Of a stretch of 64,000 nt of DNA, positions 52,379 to 63,370 are shown in pieces. The stretch covers positions 20,151 to 84,150 of the forward strand of contig CAVUJZ010000006.1 in NCBI GenBank assembly GCA_963741905.1, written 5' to 3'. This DNA comes from an uncultured Acidobacteriota bacterium (lineage in GTDB: Bacteria > Acidobacteriota > Thermoanaerobaculia > Gp7-AA8 > CAVUJZ01). Under the pieces are notes generated by a model that was not told the DNA's origin, searched no databases, and worked only from the letters and a program-made list of their open reading frames with translations. The position numbers and the translations under genes were made by a program. Within the stretch, counting starts at the first letter, position 1. Every line of letters begins with the position of its first letter.

Positions 52379-53459
52379 TCACGATTCCATGTCCGGGTCG
52401 CCGAACGAGACACCGAGCCGGCGCGCGGTACGGACGATGTCGCTGGCCGGATCCACCAACTTGATCTTCGCCACCGCATCTCGCAGGGGTACGCTGACGA
52501 TGTCGTTGCAGCGAAGCGCCACCATCTGACCCCAGGCCTGCTTCGCCACCAGATCGACCGCCGCCTCGCCGTAGCGGGTGGCCAGAATCCGGTCGTAGGG
52601 AATGGGTGATCCGCCCCGTTGAACGTGCCCGAGCACCGTGACCCGCACCTCGAGATTCACGTCGGTCTGCCGCAACGCATCCGCCACCTGATAGGCCACG
52701 CCTCCCAGCCGCTTGCGTCGCCGGTCGAGATAGACCTCCTCCCCCTCCCGGCTTTTCGCTCCTTCCGCCACCACGATGATGTCGAACCGCGAACCTCGGC
52801 GCTTTCGCTCTTCGATCCCCCGCTGAACCTCATCCAGATCCCAGGGGATCTCCGGAATCAGAATCACGTCGGCTCCTCCGGCAATGCCGGCGTACAGAGC
52901 GATCCATCCGGCATCCCGGCCCATCACCTCCAGAATCATGATCCGGTCATGACTCTCGGCCGTCGAGTGCAGCCGGTCCACCGCTTCGCTGGCGATGGAA
53001 ACGGCGGTCATGAAGCCGAAGGTGTAGTCGGTCGCCTGGAGATCGTTGTTGATCGTCTTGGGTACCGCCACGATCGGGACCCCCAGATCACAAAGCCGGT
53101 TTGCGATCGACAGAGAACCATCTCCACCGATCACGATCAGCGCGTCCAGACCGAGCCTCCGGATGTTGTCCAGCACGTGGGCCGAGCGGTCCTGGACCTG
53201 ACCGCCCTCTCCCGGATACGAGAACGGATCGCCCCGGTTCGAGGTGCGGATGACCGTTCCACCCTTGGGAAGAATCCCCTTGATCGATTCCCGGGTCAGC
53301 GGGACCCAGCTCAGATCCATCAGACCTTCGAAACCCGCCTCGATTCCGATGACCTCCCAGCCATGCCGTCCAACCGCGTTTTTCACCGCGGCACGAATGA
53401 CCGCATTGAGTCCCGGGCAGTCCCCACCACCGGTTAGAATTCCGAGTCGTTTCGTCACG
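52379..53459 (-). CDS. 6-phosphofructokinase (PFK family A), ~360 aa from GTG 53459. The ORF-track N-terminal extension is discounted.
   Basis: RLGILTGGGDCPGLNAVIRA, VIGGDGS, MGR motifs. ATP or PPi specificity not assessed. Confidence 0.8.
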
Positions 53460-53590
53460 GCCCGGGTTGCCCTGCAAGAGACACGCAAGGGGCGATGTCT
53501 CACCTCTGCCTGCAATTCCTCAGTCTGGCACTCTGATTGCTCTTTCCATGGCTGAGCCGGTCCCAAAGGCCGGCTGGAATGGAGGATGAA

Positions 53591-53845
53591 ATGAGCATCA
53601 TTGGATGGATTATCTTCGGACTGATCGTGGGTGCGATCGCCAAGCTTCTGATGCCGGGCAATGATCCCGGCGGGTGGATCGTCACGATTCTTCTCGGAAT
53701 CGCCGGATCATTCGTCGGCGGCTTCCTCGGACAACTCCTTCTCGGAACCGGCAACCAGGCCGCCGGATGGATCGGATCGATCATCGGCGCCATCGTACTT
53801 CTGGCAATCTACCGCATGATCATCGGCCGTCGACGGGTGGTCTGA
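53591..53845 (+). CDS. GlsB/YeaQ/YmgE-family (transglycosylase-associated) small membrane protein.
   Basis: MSIIGWIIFGLIVGAIAKLLMPGNDPGGWIVTILLGIAGSFVGGFLG is a typical family sequence. Confidence 0.75.
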   Translation: MSIIGWIIFGLIVGAIAKLLMPGNDPGGWIVTILLGIAGSFVGGFLGQLLLGTGNQAAGWIGSIIGAIVLLAIYRMIIGRRRVV

Positions 53846-53878
53846 CCGCAATTCAATCTCGACAACACACCACTCCAA

Positions 53879-53912
53879 AGCACCTCGCCGAAAGGCGGGG
53901 TGCTTTTTTCTC
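53879..53912 (+). terminator. Rho-independent terminator.
   Basis: agcacctcgccgaaaggcggggtgct hairpin followed by tttttct. Confidence 0.6.
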
Positions 53913-53939
53913 GCGCGGCTGAGCTCCGGGGGGCGTCTC

Positions 53940-56440
53940 GACCGGTCGCCACTCGCCTTCATCCTGAGCGGGGAAAACGTCTCGAAGCCATGCCGTTCGC
54001 ACTCGCCGTCATCCTGAGCGCCTGAAAACCGTCTCGAAGCCCATGCCGTGAGTCGCGAAGGATCCTGCCTTCGTCAGGGTCGAGATGGCGACACGCGAAC
54101 GCGCGGTCCAATCCGACGCTCCTCGATCACCATCTCCCCAAACTCGTCTCGACCGGTCGCAGAGGCAAGATCCTTCGCGGGACGGTTCGCGACTTCGACA
54201 CGTGCACTGGCGCTCAGGATGACGGGGGCGGGACAATTCGCGGCCTGGACTGACCGTTCGCACTCGCCGTCATCCTGAGCGCCCGAAAACGTCTCGAAGC
54301 CCATGCCGTGGGTCGCGAAGGATCTTGCCTTCGTCAGGGTCGAGATGGCGACACGCGAACGTGCGGTCCAATCCGACGCTCCTCGATCACCATCTCCCCA
54401 AACTCGTCTCGACCGGTCGCACTCCCCGTCATCCTGAGCGCCCGAAAACATCTCGAAGCCCATGCCGTGGGTCGCGAAGGATCCTGCCTTCGTCAGGGTC
54501 GAGATGGCGACACGCGGACGCGCGGTCCAATCCGACGCTCCTCGATCACCATCTCCAAACTCGTCTCGACCGGTCGCAGAGGCAAGATCCTTCGCGGGAC
54601 GGTTCGCGACTTCGACACGTGCACTGGCGCTCAGGATGACGGGGGCGGGACAATTCGCGGCCTGGACTGACCGTTCGCACTCGCCGTCATCCTGAGCGCC
54701 CGAAAACGTCTCGAAGCCCATGCCGTGGGTCGCGAAGGATCCTGCCTTCGTCAGGGTCGAGATGGCGACACGCGAACGCGCGGTCCAATCCGACGCTCCT
54801 CGATCACCATCTCCCCAAACTCGTCTCGACCGGTCGCAGAGGCAAGATCCTTCGCGGGACGGTTCGCGACTTCGACACGTGCTCGAAGCTCATGCGGGGT
54901 CGCGACGGATCCTGCCTCCGTCACTGGCGCTCGAGATGACGCCGGGGTCACGGGATCGCGATCTCAATCTCGACGGCGCACGCGATGCGGTCCAATCCGC
55001 GCTTCGACACCACTCACTCGACTGACCGTTCGCACTCCCCGTCATCCTGAGCGCCCGAAAACATCTCGAAGCCCATGCCGTGGGTCGCGAAGGATCTTGC
55101 CTTCGTCAGGGTCGAGAGGGCGACACGCGAACGCGCGGTCCAATCCGACGCTCCTCGATCACCATCTCCCCAAACTCGTCTCGACCGTTCCCCACTCGCC
55201 GTCATCCTGAGCGCCTGAAAACGTCTCGAAGCCCATGCCGTGGGTCGCGAAGGATCCTGCCTTCGTCAGGGTCGAGATGGCGACACGCGAGACGCGCGGT
55301 CCAATCCGACGCTCCTCGATCACCATCTCCCCAAACTCGTCTCGACCGGTCCCCACTCGCCGTCATCCTGAGCGCCCGAAAACGTCTCGAAGCCCATGCC
55401 GTGGGTCGCGGAAGGATCCTGCCTTCGTCAGGGTCGAGATGGCGACACGCGGACGCGCGGTCCAATCCGCGGCCTGGACTGACCGGTCGCACTCCCCGTC
55501 ATCCTGAGCGCCCGAAAACATCTCGAAGCCCATGCCGTGGGTCGCGAAGGATCTTGCCTTCGTCAGGGTCGAGAGAGCGACACGCGAACGCGCGGTCCAA
55601 TCCGACGCTCCTCGATCACCATCTCCCCAAACTCGTCTCGACCGGTCCCCACTCCCCGTCATCCTGAGCGCCCGAAAACGTCTCGAAGCCCATGCCGTGG
55701 GTCGCGAAGGATCTTGCCTTCGTCAGGGTCGAGAGGCGACACGCGAACGCGCGGTCCAATCCGACGCTCACCGATCACCATCTCCCCAAACTCGTCTCGA
55801 CCGTTCCCCACTCGCCGTCATCCTGAGCGCCTGAAAACGTCTCGAAGCCCATGCCGTGGGTCGCGAAGGATCCTGCCTTCGTCAGGGTCGAGATGGCGAC
55901 ACGCGAACGCGCGGTCCAATCCGACGCTCACCGATCACCATCTCCCCAAACTCGTCTCGACCGGTCGCAGAGGCAAGATCCTTCGCGGGACGGTTCGCGA
56001 CTTCGACACGTGCACTGGCGCTCAGGATGACGGGGGCGGGACGGTTCGCGGCCTGGACTGACCGTTCGCACTCGCCGTCATCCTGAGCGCCCGAAAACGT
56101 CTCGAAGCCCATGCCGTGGGTCGCGAAGGATCTTGCCTTCGTCAGGGTCGAGATGGCGACACGCGAACGCGCGGTCCAATCCGACGCTCCTCGATCACCA
56201 TCTCCCCAAACTCGTGTCGACCGGTCGCAGAGGCAAGATCCTTCGCGGGACGGTTCGCGACTTCGACACGTGCACTGGCGCTCAGGATGACGGGGGCGGG
56301 ACGGTTCGCGGCCTGGACTGACCGTTCGCACTCGCCGTCATCCTGAGCGCCCGAAAACGTCTCGAAGCCCATGCCGTGGGTCGCGAAGGATCTTGCCTTC
56401 GTCAGGGTCGAGAGAGCGACACGCGGACGCGCGATCCCTG
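53940..56440. repeat. 2.5-kb tandem array of ~12 A units (~160 bp), irregularly interspersed with B units (~100 bp). Copies are near-identical. Non-coding.
   Basis: A unit: cgcactcgccgtcatcctgagcgcccgaaaacgtctcgaagcccatgccgtgggtcgcgaaggatcctgccttcgtcagggtcgagatggcgacacgcgaacgcgcggtccaatccgacgctcctcgatcaccatctccccaaactcgtctcgaccggt. B unit: cgcagaggcaagatccttcgcgggacggttcgcgacttcgacacgtgcactggcgctcaggatgacgggggcgggacaattcgcggcctggactgaccgtt. Inverted GTCATCCTGAGCG / CGCTCAGGATGAC and hairpin CGAAGGATCCTGCCTTCG. Confidence 0.9.
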
Positions 56441-56463
56441 CGTCGGGCACGACGGCCCTGACC

Positions 56464-57228
56464 TCAGGCCCTCCGCGCGACGAAGACCATCTTCACGTGC
56501 GTGATCTCTCCACCGGGGCGGATCTCGCGAAAGGGATCGAAGTCGATCACCTCCAGCGCCTTCAGGCCGGCTTTCCGGAGCAGTTTCAGCACCTCCCGCC
56601 GCGAGTAGGCCCGCTGATGGCGCTGTTCCGAGATCCGGACCCGGCGCCCTCCGATCTCCGCCCATCCGAGAACGTCCGCGTGAGCCATCCGGGTCTTCCT
56701 CGAATAGGTGGTGTCGAGTTGAAGCCGGTGGGTGCGCCCCTCGGACACGAAAGGCTCCTCGAGCGCCCATACCTGGGCGTACGCCTGTGGATGGTTCAGA
56801 TCGAAGATGAAGAGCGACTCCGAGCTCATCAGCCCTGCCGCCTGCCCGAACGCGGCCTGGAGATCCTCCGCCAGGAGCAGATGGTTGAGGCTGTCGTAGA
56901 GACAGGTGACCAGCCCGAAGGAGCCACGCAGCGGGAGGGATCGCAGATCTCCGCCAATCAGTCCCCCCACCCGGCTCTTCGCCACACTCAGCATCGGCAC
57001 CGAGGCATCCACCCCGCGGGAGAGAAAGCCGATGGCCCGGAAATGCTCCATGGCCAGCCCGGTTCCGCAGGCGAGATCGAGATGATTGCGATCCGGAGGC
57101 TGATATCGATCGGTCAGCGACGACAGCAGAGGTGCGATGGCGGCGAAGTAGCTCTGGCCCAGGGCGGCATCGTAGGCCCAGGCGAACGCGCCATATCCTT
57201 CGTGGCTCTCCGCCTCAGGACCAGTCAT
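56464..57228 (-). CDS. Class I SAM-dependent methyltransferase.
   Basis: LDLACGTGL (motif I, GxGxG type). 254 aa. Confidence 0.75.
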   Translation of the reverse strand: MTGPEAESHEGYGAFAWAYDAALGQSYFAAIAPLLSSLTDRYQPPDRNHLDLACGTGLAMEHFRAIGFLSRGVDASVPMLSVAKSRVGGLIGGDLRSLPLRGSFGLVTCLYDSLNHLLLAEDLQAAFGQAAGLMSSESLFIFDLNHPQAYAQVWALEEPFVSEGRTHRLQLDTTYSRKTRMAHADVLGWAEIGGRRVRISEQRHQRAYSRREVLKLLRKAGLKALEVIDFDPFREIRPGGEITHVKMVFVARRA

Positions 57229-58066
57229 GAAATCCGCGGCCTGCCTTCTTTCCCAGCCGGCCTTCCGCCACCATCCTCCGGAGAATCTCCGGGGGCTCGA
57301 AGCGGGGGCCGAGCTCCTTTGCGAGGTAGTCGGCGATCTTGAGCCGGACGTCCAGTCCGACCAGATCGGTCAGCCGGAGCGGTCCCATTGGATGGTTGTA
57401 GCCGAGCTCCATCGCCCGGTCGATGTCCTCGGCCGAGGCCACACCATCCTCGTACATCCGCATCGCTTCCAGTCCCAGGGCGATTCCCAGCCGCGAGGTG
57501 GCGAATCCAGGGACATCCTTCACCACGATCGGCTCCTTCTCGAGAGATCGAGCGAACGACTGAGCGAGCTCGACGGTGGTCTGGGAGGTCCGCTCCCCCA
57601 CCACGATCTCCAGCAGCTTCATCACGTGCACCGGATTGAAGAAGTGCAGACCGATGAACTGATCCCTCCGCTCGACTGCACCAGCCAGCTCGGTGATGGA
57701 GATCGACGAGGTGTTGGAGGCGAGCACCGTGTGCTCGCCGCAGATGACATCCATCTGGGAAAAGAGATCCTTCTTCAGGGTCAGGTCCTCGGGGACCGCC
57801 TCGATGATCAGGTCGGCTTCGGCCACCGCCGCCTCGAGCGACTCGACGTAGCGAATCCGCTCCTGCGCCTCAGCGGCCGCATCCGGTTCCAGCCTCCCCT
57901 TCTCCACCGCCCTCGCGGCGAGGTTGCCGATCTGCTCACGGGCCGCGTCCAGAAACTTCTGCTCCACATCGTTCAGCACCGTCTGGTAGCCGTGAATGGC
58001 ACAGATCCAGGCGATGCCCCGCCCCATGGTCCCGCTGCCGATGACACTGACCTGTCGAAGATCCAT
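57215..58066 (-). CDS. 3-hydroxyacyl-CoA (3-hydroxybutyryl-CoA) dehydrogenase family.
   Basis: VSVIGSGTMGRGIA Rossmann motif. 283 aa, typical of Hbd/PaaH. Confidence 0.85.
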   Translation of the reverse strand: MDLRQVSVIGSGTMGRGIAWICAIHGYQTVLNDVEQKFLDAAREQIGNLAARAVEKGRLEPDAAAEAQERIRYVESLEAAVAEADLIIEAVPEDLTLKKDLFSQMDVICGEHTVLASNTSSISITELAGAVERRDQFIGLHFFNPVHVMKLLEIVVGERTSQTTVELAQSFARSLEKEPIVVKDVPGFATSRLGIALGLEAMRMYEDGVASAEDIDRAMELGYNHPMGPLRLTDLVGLDVRLKIADYLAKELGPRFEPPEILRRMVAEGRLGKKAGRGFHDWS

Positions 58067-58086
58067 CGTTCTCCCTTCCCTCGTGT

Positions 58087-59427
58087 TCAGTTCCGGACGG
58101 TCACTTCCTCCGGAACCGACTGGAATGCGATCTCCAGGCCTTGATCGAAAGCTCCCTTCAGAATGGAAAATCCCTCCAGGCCTACGCTCAGCCGGACCAG
58201 TCCGTCGGTGATGCCCCGCTGCTCACGATCCTCTTTCGGAACGACCGAATGAGTCATGCTCGCCGGGTGCTGAATGTAGCTGATCACGCTTCCCAGACTG
58301 ACCGCCAGTTCCATCGGAGTGTCATGCCGGGCGAAGTAATTCATCAGCCGGACCGCCGGCTCGTAGCCTCCCTTGAGCTCGAAGGCGATCATTCCGCCGC
58401 CGTTCCGGATCTGCCGTCCCACCAGATGATGCTGGGGATGATCCGGAAGCCCGGGATAGAAGACCCGTTCCACCCCGGGATGCCTGGAGAGATAGAGAGC
58501 GAGCTTCTCCGCGGTGATGCAGGCCTCGTCCATCCGCTGCGCGAGGGTCTGCACGCAGAGAGAGTTCAGCCAGCCATCCATCGGGCTGGGTGTGGGACCG
58601 AGGTCCTTGGCCATCACGAAAAGCTCGCCGGTCATGAACCGGAAGGGTCCGAGAATGTGGCCGCCGATGGAGGTGCTGTGACCATTGACGTACTTGGTCA
58701 GGCTCTGAATCACGAAGTCCGCGCCGAGCCGGAACGGCTGCTGGAGATAGGCACTGCAGAAGGTGTTGTCCACCACCAGGATCACGCGATGGCGATCGGT
58801 AATCTCCGAGATCGCCCGGATATCGGCCATTCCGAGATTGGGATTTTCGGGGGTCTCCAGAAACACCACCCGGATCTCGGGATGCTCCTCGAGGCACTGC
58901 TCGATCTCGGCTGTGCTGGTGGTGTCGACGAAGTAGGGATGGATTCCGAACTTGCGGCCGAGGGTGCGGAGCAGACTGTCGGTGCAGCCGTAGACGTTTC
59001 CGGAGATGATTCCGTCTCCCGATTCCAGCAGGGAGAGCAGCGTGACCGCGATCGCCCCCATCCCGGAGGCGAGAACCATACTGCCGACGGTGGGCTCCCG
59101 TTCATCCGCGGCGAGCGCACGGTCGATCATGTGCTGGCATTCCAGCCGGAACAGGACCCGCTCCAGGTATTCGGTGGTGGGGTTCCCCAGACGGGTGTAG
59201 ATCCGGGCGAACGGCTTTTCCCCGCTGGGGCTGTGCCCCAGGAAACGATCCGCACCGTCCCGCACGTCACGAAAACTGAACGTGCTTTTCTGCTGGATTT
59301 CAGGCAGGCCGGTTCCGACGCAGATGCTCGCAAACCGATCGCGGTCGAGGAAGGGCTCCTCGTCGCGAAGATACTTCCGTTTGCGATCCTGCCACCAGTC
59401 CCACCATTCGTATGTCCGGGCGTTCAT
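58087..59427 (-). CDS. Cys/Met-metabolism PLP-dependent enzyme (cystathionine gamma-synthase / methionine gamma-lyase family). Start ATG 59427.
   Basis: PLP-lysine context SLTKYVNGHS. DNTFCSAY. Length. Confidence 0.8.
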   Translation of the reverse strand: MNARTYEWWDWWQDRKRKYLRDEEPFLDRDRFASICVGTGLPEIQQKSTFSFRDVRDGADRFLGHSPSGEKPFARIYTRLGNPTTEYLERVLFRLECQHMIDRALAADEREPTVGSMVLASGMGAIAVTLLSLLESGDGIISGNVYGCTDSLLRTLGRKFGIHPYFVDTTSTAEIEQCLEEHPEIRVVFLETPENPNLGMADIRAISEITDRHRVILVVDNTFCSAYLQQPFRLGADFVIQSLTKYVNGHSTSIGGHILGPFRFMTGELFVMAKDLGPTPSPMDGWLNSLCVQTLAQRMDEACITAEKLALYLSRHPGVERVFYPGLPDHPQHHLVGRQIRNGGGMIAFELKGGYEPAVRLMNYFARHDTPMELAVSLGSVISYIQHPASMTHSVVPKEDREQRGITDGLVRLSVGLEGFSILKGAFDQGLEIAFQSVPEEVTVRN

Positions 59428-59502
59428 CGGTTCCTCCAGCCGGCTGCGGAGTCCGTGAGGCCGGGAGCCGTCCTGTCCCACCGGCGGAGGACCAGGTCGA
59501 GG

Positions 59503-60273
59503 CTACTGCACCGGCTTCAGTGCGAGTGAGACGATCTCCCGGTGCGTGAAGTAGTTCACGCCGGGATCGTCCAGGTGAAATGTATACCGGAAAGGCTCGC
59601 GATTGTCAGCGATGAAGGTGAAGCGTCGGTAACGGTCGGCAACGGCCTCCGGCAGATCTTTCACATCGGAAGCCTCCGGCGCGGCGTCCTCGACCCGCAC
59701 CACCCGGTAGAGCCGGTTCACGGTGATGGGCAGATCGTCAGGAGGAAAATGGAGGAACTGGATGGCGTAGATCGACTCGGGCGAGATCTCCCTCTGGGGA
59801 TAGGGATCCCACCCTTCCTCCGGGACGCCGGTAAACCAGCGCTCTTCCTCGCGGAAGAGGACGAGATTGGCGGACGTCTCGGTCATCGGCAGATAGGACC
59901 GATCGAGATGAATATGCTCCTCCGGATCCGTCGAGCTCTTCAACTGAGTGAGCAGATCGATCAGGTACTGCAGACCTTCCGCGGTTCCGGTGAGTGCCAC
60001 TTCCTCGTCGGAATCGGAAATCCAGAGATCCAGCCAGGCACCCTTTGGAAGCACCACACGGCTCTCGATGGTGTCGAACCGGACCGGAGCGAATCCGAGC
60101 CGGTCCGCGGCCGCGGCCAGGAAGTCGTCGACGTGAGGGTCGTTCAACAGGTTACGGCGGGCGTGGTCGATCAGCGCCTCATAAGCCTGTTTTCGCCCGA
60201 AATCGTGGGTCAGATCATACCCCGCGGTGATCTCGTCGATGATTCGCTGGTTGCGCTCGGCTGGCTCGGACAT
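59503..60273 (-). CDS. Hypothetical protein (256 aa). No family recognised.
   Basis: Clean ORF with typical codon usage, between the PLP enzyme and bacterioferritin. Confidence 0.5.
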   Translation of the reverse strand: MSEPAERNQRIIDEITAGYDLTHDFGRKQAYEALIDHARRNLLNDPHVDDFLAAAADRLGFAPVRFDTIESRVVLPKGAWLDLWISDSDEEVALTGTAEGLQYLIDLLTQLKSSTDPEEHIHLDRSYLPMTETSANLVLFREEERWFTGVPEEGWDPYPQREISPESIYAIQFLHFPPDDLPITVNRLYRVVRVEDAAPEASDVKDLPEAVADRYRRFTFIADNREPFRYTFHLDDPGVNYFTHREIVSLALKPVQ

Positions 60274-60409
60274 CCGTTTCGTTCCTCAACTGCGTTCCGG
60301 CTGATCGCAACGAGGCCCGGATGGATCATATTTCCCTTCCGGAAGCGGCGGCGGGGCCCTGAGCAGGCGAAAAGGACCCGCCGTCCGGAATGGGCTCGAC
60401 GCTCCGGCA

Positions 60410-60985
60410 TCAGCCGGAATCGCGGTCCCGGGTGCGGAAGTCCTCCTCCATGTCGGCGAGGAAGCTCACCAGATCATCCGCATGCTCCTCCTCGACGGCG
60501 AGGATTCCCTCGAGCATGCGCCGTGTGGTCGGATCGTTGTCATCGAGATAGCGGATCATTTCGGAGTACGACTCGATCGCGACCCGCTCCGCGACCAGAT
60601 CCTCCCGGATCATGTCCACCAGATCTTCTCCCTCGACGTACTCCGAGTGGCTTCGGCTCATCAGACCCTCGGGGCTGAAGTTGGGCCTTCCGTCGAGCTG
60701 GACGATCCGGGCCGCGATCTGGTCCGCGTGTCCCTGCTCCTCGTTGGCGTGCTGGAGAAACTCCGCGGCAATCGGGTCGGCGTGAATCCCCTGGGCCATG
60801 AAGTGATGTCGCTTGTAACGGAGAACGCAGACGATCTCCGTCGCCAGCGCCTCATTGAGCAGACGGAGCACCGTCTCGCGATCCGCGCGGTAACCTTCAG
60901 TCACCGCACCCCGTTCCATATGCTGCCGGGCGCGCTTCCGGATTTCCTTGATGTCGCTCAGAAATGGTGTCTTCTCTTCGGCCAT
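60410..60985 (-). CDS. bfr: Bacterioferritin (ferritin-like di-iron protein).
   Basis: ALATEIVCVLRY...ANEEQGHADQIAARI...MLEGILAVEEEHADDL matches the Bfr ferroxidase-centre E/H ligand pattern. Confidence 0.8.
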   Translation of the reverse strand: MAEEKTPFLSDIKEIRKRARQHMERGAVTEGYRADRETVLRLLNEALATEIVCVLRYKRHHFMAQGIHADPIAAEFLQHANEEQGHADQIAARIVQLDGRPNFSPEGLMSRSHSEYVEGEDLVDMIREDLVAERVAIESYSEMIRYLDDNDPTTRRMLEGILAVEEEHADDLVSFLADMEEDFRTRDRDSG

Positions 60986-61063
60986 CGAACCTCCTCGTGG
61001 GACTTCGGGACGTCAATCACCCCGGTTCGATGCAGAAGATGTACCGACGGCAGAGCTGGCAGC

Positions 61064-62290
61064 TCAATCTCCGTCGATGTCTTCGGGGGCGTCGGTGACC
61101 ATCTTCACCAGTCCGTGAACTTCCTCTTTCTCGCCCCGGCCGAGGAGGATCCGGAGGAGCGGTGGCGTGATCAGGGTCGTGATGATCACCATCATCGCCA
61201 CGGAACTGTAGAGTCCGGTACTGAGCAGCCCGGTCGTCAGTCCGATTTGAGCGAAGATCAGCCCCACCTCACCCCGCGGAATCATGCCCACTCCGATCAC
61301 CAGATGCCGGAGCTTCCCTCCCCACGCGGCCCACCCGGCGACGATCTTTCCGAGAATCGCAATCACCGTGAGCGCGGCACCGATCAGAAGGAACTTCCGC
61401 GCCTCGGGATGGAAGGGGTTGAGCGTGCTCAGATCGATTGCAGCCCCGACGCTGACGAAGAAGATCGGGATGAAGAACTGAGCGATGTCGTGGACCTCCC
61501 GCTCGATCTGCTCGGCCCGTTCGGTCCGGGCGAGCACCAGCCCGGCGGCGAATGCGCCGATGATGATCGCAGAGCCGATCTCATCGGCGATCCAGGCCAG
61601 AGCGAAGGCGAACATCACCGACCCGAAGAAAAGCGCCTTGGCCACCCGCAGGCGGGTGATCAGCCGGATCAGCAGGGGCGCCAGAACGCCGCCGAGGATG
61701 ATCGCCAGCGCAACGAAGCCGAAGGCCACCACCGCGACCTTCGTCACGCCCAACACCGTCAGCTCGACGCCGCGGGAGAGGTTGCCCACCACCGCGAGAA
61801 GAATCAGTCCGAGGACGTCGTCGATCACCGCCGCCCCGAGGATCACCTGCGACTCCTGGTCGTGGAGATGACCCAGATCCGAAAGCACCCGCGCGGTGAT
61901 CCCGACGGAGGTCGCCGTCAGAGTCGCGCCCAGAAAGATCGACAGAATGCTGGAGTAGCCGAGAAAGTGTCCGGCCATATACCCGAAGGTCATCGGAAGT
62001 GCGACGCCGACCACGGCCACCGCGCTGGAGGCGACTCCGACCGAGAGCAGCTTGCTCAGGTCGGTCTCCAGACCGATCATGAAGAGCAGCAACAGCACAC
62101 CCAGCTCGGCGAGGAGATGAATCGTCTCGTCGTGCGGGTTGACCAGTCCCAACCCGGAGACCCCGACGACCAGACCGGCCAGAAGCTCTCCCAGAACCGC
62201 CGGCTGGCCCACTCTCTCGGCGATCTCGCCAAATAGCTTCGCAAACCCGAACAGCGCAATGAGGGTGAGGAGAAACTGGCCAACATCCAT
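61064..62290 (-). CDS. Cation:proton antiporter (CPA/Kef-type Na+/H+ exchanger family).
   Basis: 408 aa, ~12 TM. N-terminus LFGFAKLFGEIAERVGQPAVLGELLAGLVVG is typical of Na_H_Exchanger. Confidence 0.85.
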   Translation of the reverse strand: MDVGQFLLTLIALFGFAKLFGEIAERVGQPAVLGELLAGLVVGVSGLGLVNPHDETIHLLAELGVLLLLFMIGLETDLSKLLSVGVASSAVAVVGVALPMTFGYMAGHFLGYSSILSIFLGATLTATSVGITARVLSDLGHLHDQESQVILGAAVIDDVLGLILLAVVGNLSRGVELTVLGVTKVAVVAFGFVALAIILGGVLAPLLIRLITRLRVAKALFFGSVMFAFALAWIADEIGSAIIIGAFAAGLVLARTERAEQIEREVHDIAQFFIPIFFVSVGAAIDLSTLNPFHPEARKFLLIGAALTVIAILGKIVAGWAAWGGKLRHLVIGVGMIPRGEVGLIFAQIGLTTGLLSTGLYSSVAMMVIITTLITPPLLRILLGRGEKEEVHGLVKMVTDAPEDIDGD

Positions 62291-62389
62291 CGTCGCGGGA
62301 TTCTATCGGATTCGCGCGAGTCGCGCCGGAGGAGAGTGGCTCCGGTCCGGACCAGTCTTCACCCCGTGCTCGAACGCGCCGGTGGCCAT

Positions 62390-62475
62390 GGTCATGTCGA
62401 GCGGGTGGTCCGGCGGACCGGCGAGACACCTCCCTCAATGCGAAAGAGAACGTTCAGGCGCAAAGGGGGCTCGGG
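62390..62475. repeat. Partial or diverged copy (one arm plus loop) of the REPIN-like hairpin element.
   Basis: tggtcatgtcgagcgggtggtccggcggaccggcgagacacctccctcaatgcgaaagagaacgttcaggcgcaaag. Confidence 0.5.
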
Positions 62476-62482
62476 TTCGCAC

Positions 62483-62510
62483 AAAAAGGGCGGCCAGTGA
62501 TGGCCGCCCC
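62483..62510 (-). terminator. Rho-independent terminator for the minus-strand TPR gene.
   Basis: Perfect 9-bp stem gggcggcca-gtga-tggccgccc. On the minus strand it is followed by TTTTTTG. Confidence 0.7.
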
Positions 62511-62534
62511 GGGTGTGCGACGACTTGAAAGGGC

Positions 62535-63242
62535 TCAGCCCTGCGCCAGCTTCCGCTGCGCCTCGAGGCTGTAGGGCGACTCGGGGAATTCGTTGGCGAT
62601 CCGCTGGTAGGTTTCCTGGGCCTTCTGCAATTGACCACTGATTTCGTAGGCATTCGCCAGGGCGGCCAGCAGGACGTCGGGTGGCAGGGTCTTGTTCGGC
62701 TCGGCCATCTCCTTCTGGATGTCGGCAATGGCGTCGTCGACCTTGCCCTGGCTCATTTTCAGGTTGATCAGGCTCAGACGGGCCTCGGTGGCCAGGACGT
62801 GCTCGGGGTGATCCTTGATGAACTCCTCGATCATCCCGCGTGCCTTGTCGTACTCGCCGCGGGTGGCAGCCATCTCTCCGAGGTACAAACGCGCCACGTC
62901 GGCCGCGTCACTGCTGCCGTACTTCGCGACCAGGTCCTGGAACTCTTTCGCCGCGGCCTCGGTCCGCTGGTCGGCGGTGTCGAAGCGCGCACGCGGATTG
63001 TCCGGCGCCTGCGTCTTGAGTGGCGACGAATAGGAGTCGATCGCCGCAGCCAGAGCTGCCTGCGCCTTCCTCTCCACGCCGCGTCGATAGACCAGAAATC
63101 CGAGGATTCCGGCGATGACAACCGCCAGGATGACCGCTCCGGCGATCAACTGCTTCATGTTCTGCTGAGCGAAGCTCGCAAACGAGTTCATCTCGTCGAC
63201 GAATTTGTCGTGCTTGATGTTTCTTCGTGTCTGGCGATCCAT
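62535..63242 (-). CDS. TPR-repeat protein with an N-terminal TM anchor (YfgM-like).
   Basis: N-terminal DKFVDEMNSFASFAQQNMKQLIAGAVILAVVIAGILGFLVY (TM), followed by TPR-like helices. Confidence 0.6.
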   Translation of the reverse strand: MDRQTRRNIKHDKFVDEMNSFASFAQQNMKQLIAGAVILAVVIAGILGFLVYRRGVERKAQAALAAAIDSYSSPLKTQAPDNPRARFDTADQRTEAAAKEFQDLVAKYGSSDAADVARLYLGEMAATRGEYDKARGMIEEFIKDHPEHVLATEARLSLINLKMSQGKVDDAIADIQKEMAEPNKTLPPDVLLAALANAYEISGQLQKAQETYQRIANEFPESPYSLEAQRKLAQG

Positions 63243-63370
63243 GGAACGACCAACCTCCTGATCAAAGTGGGTAACTCTACGTCAGCCGACCCGGCAAGGC
63301 AAGCAATCGGACTCGAGGCATCGAAGTTGCACTCCGGCAAAAGTTATTCGTGCCTATGGAGACCACTTCA

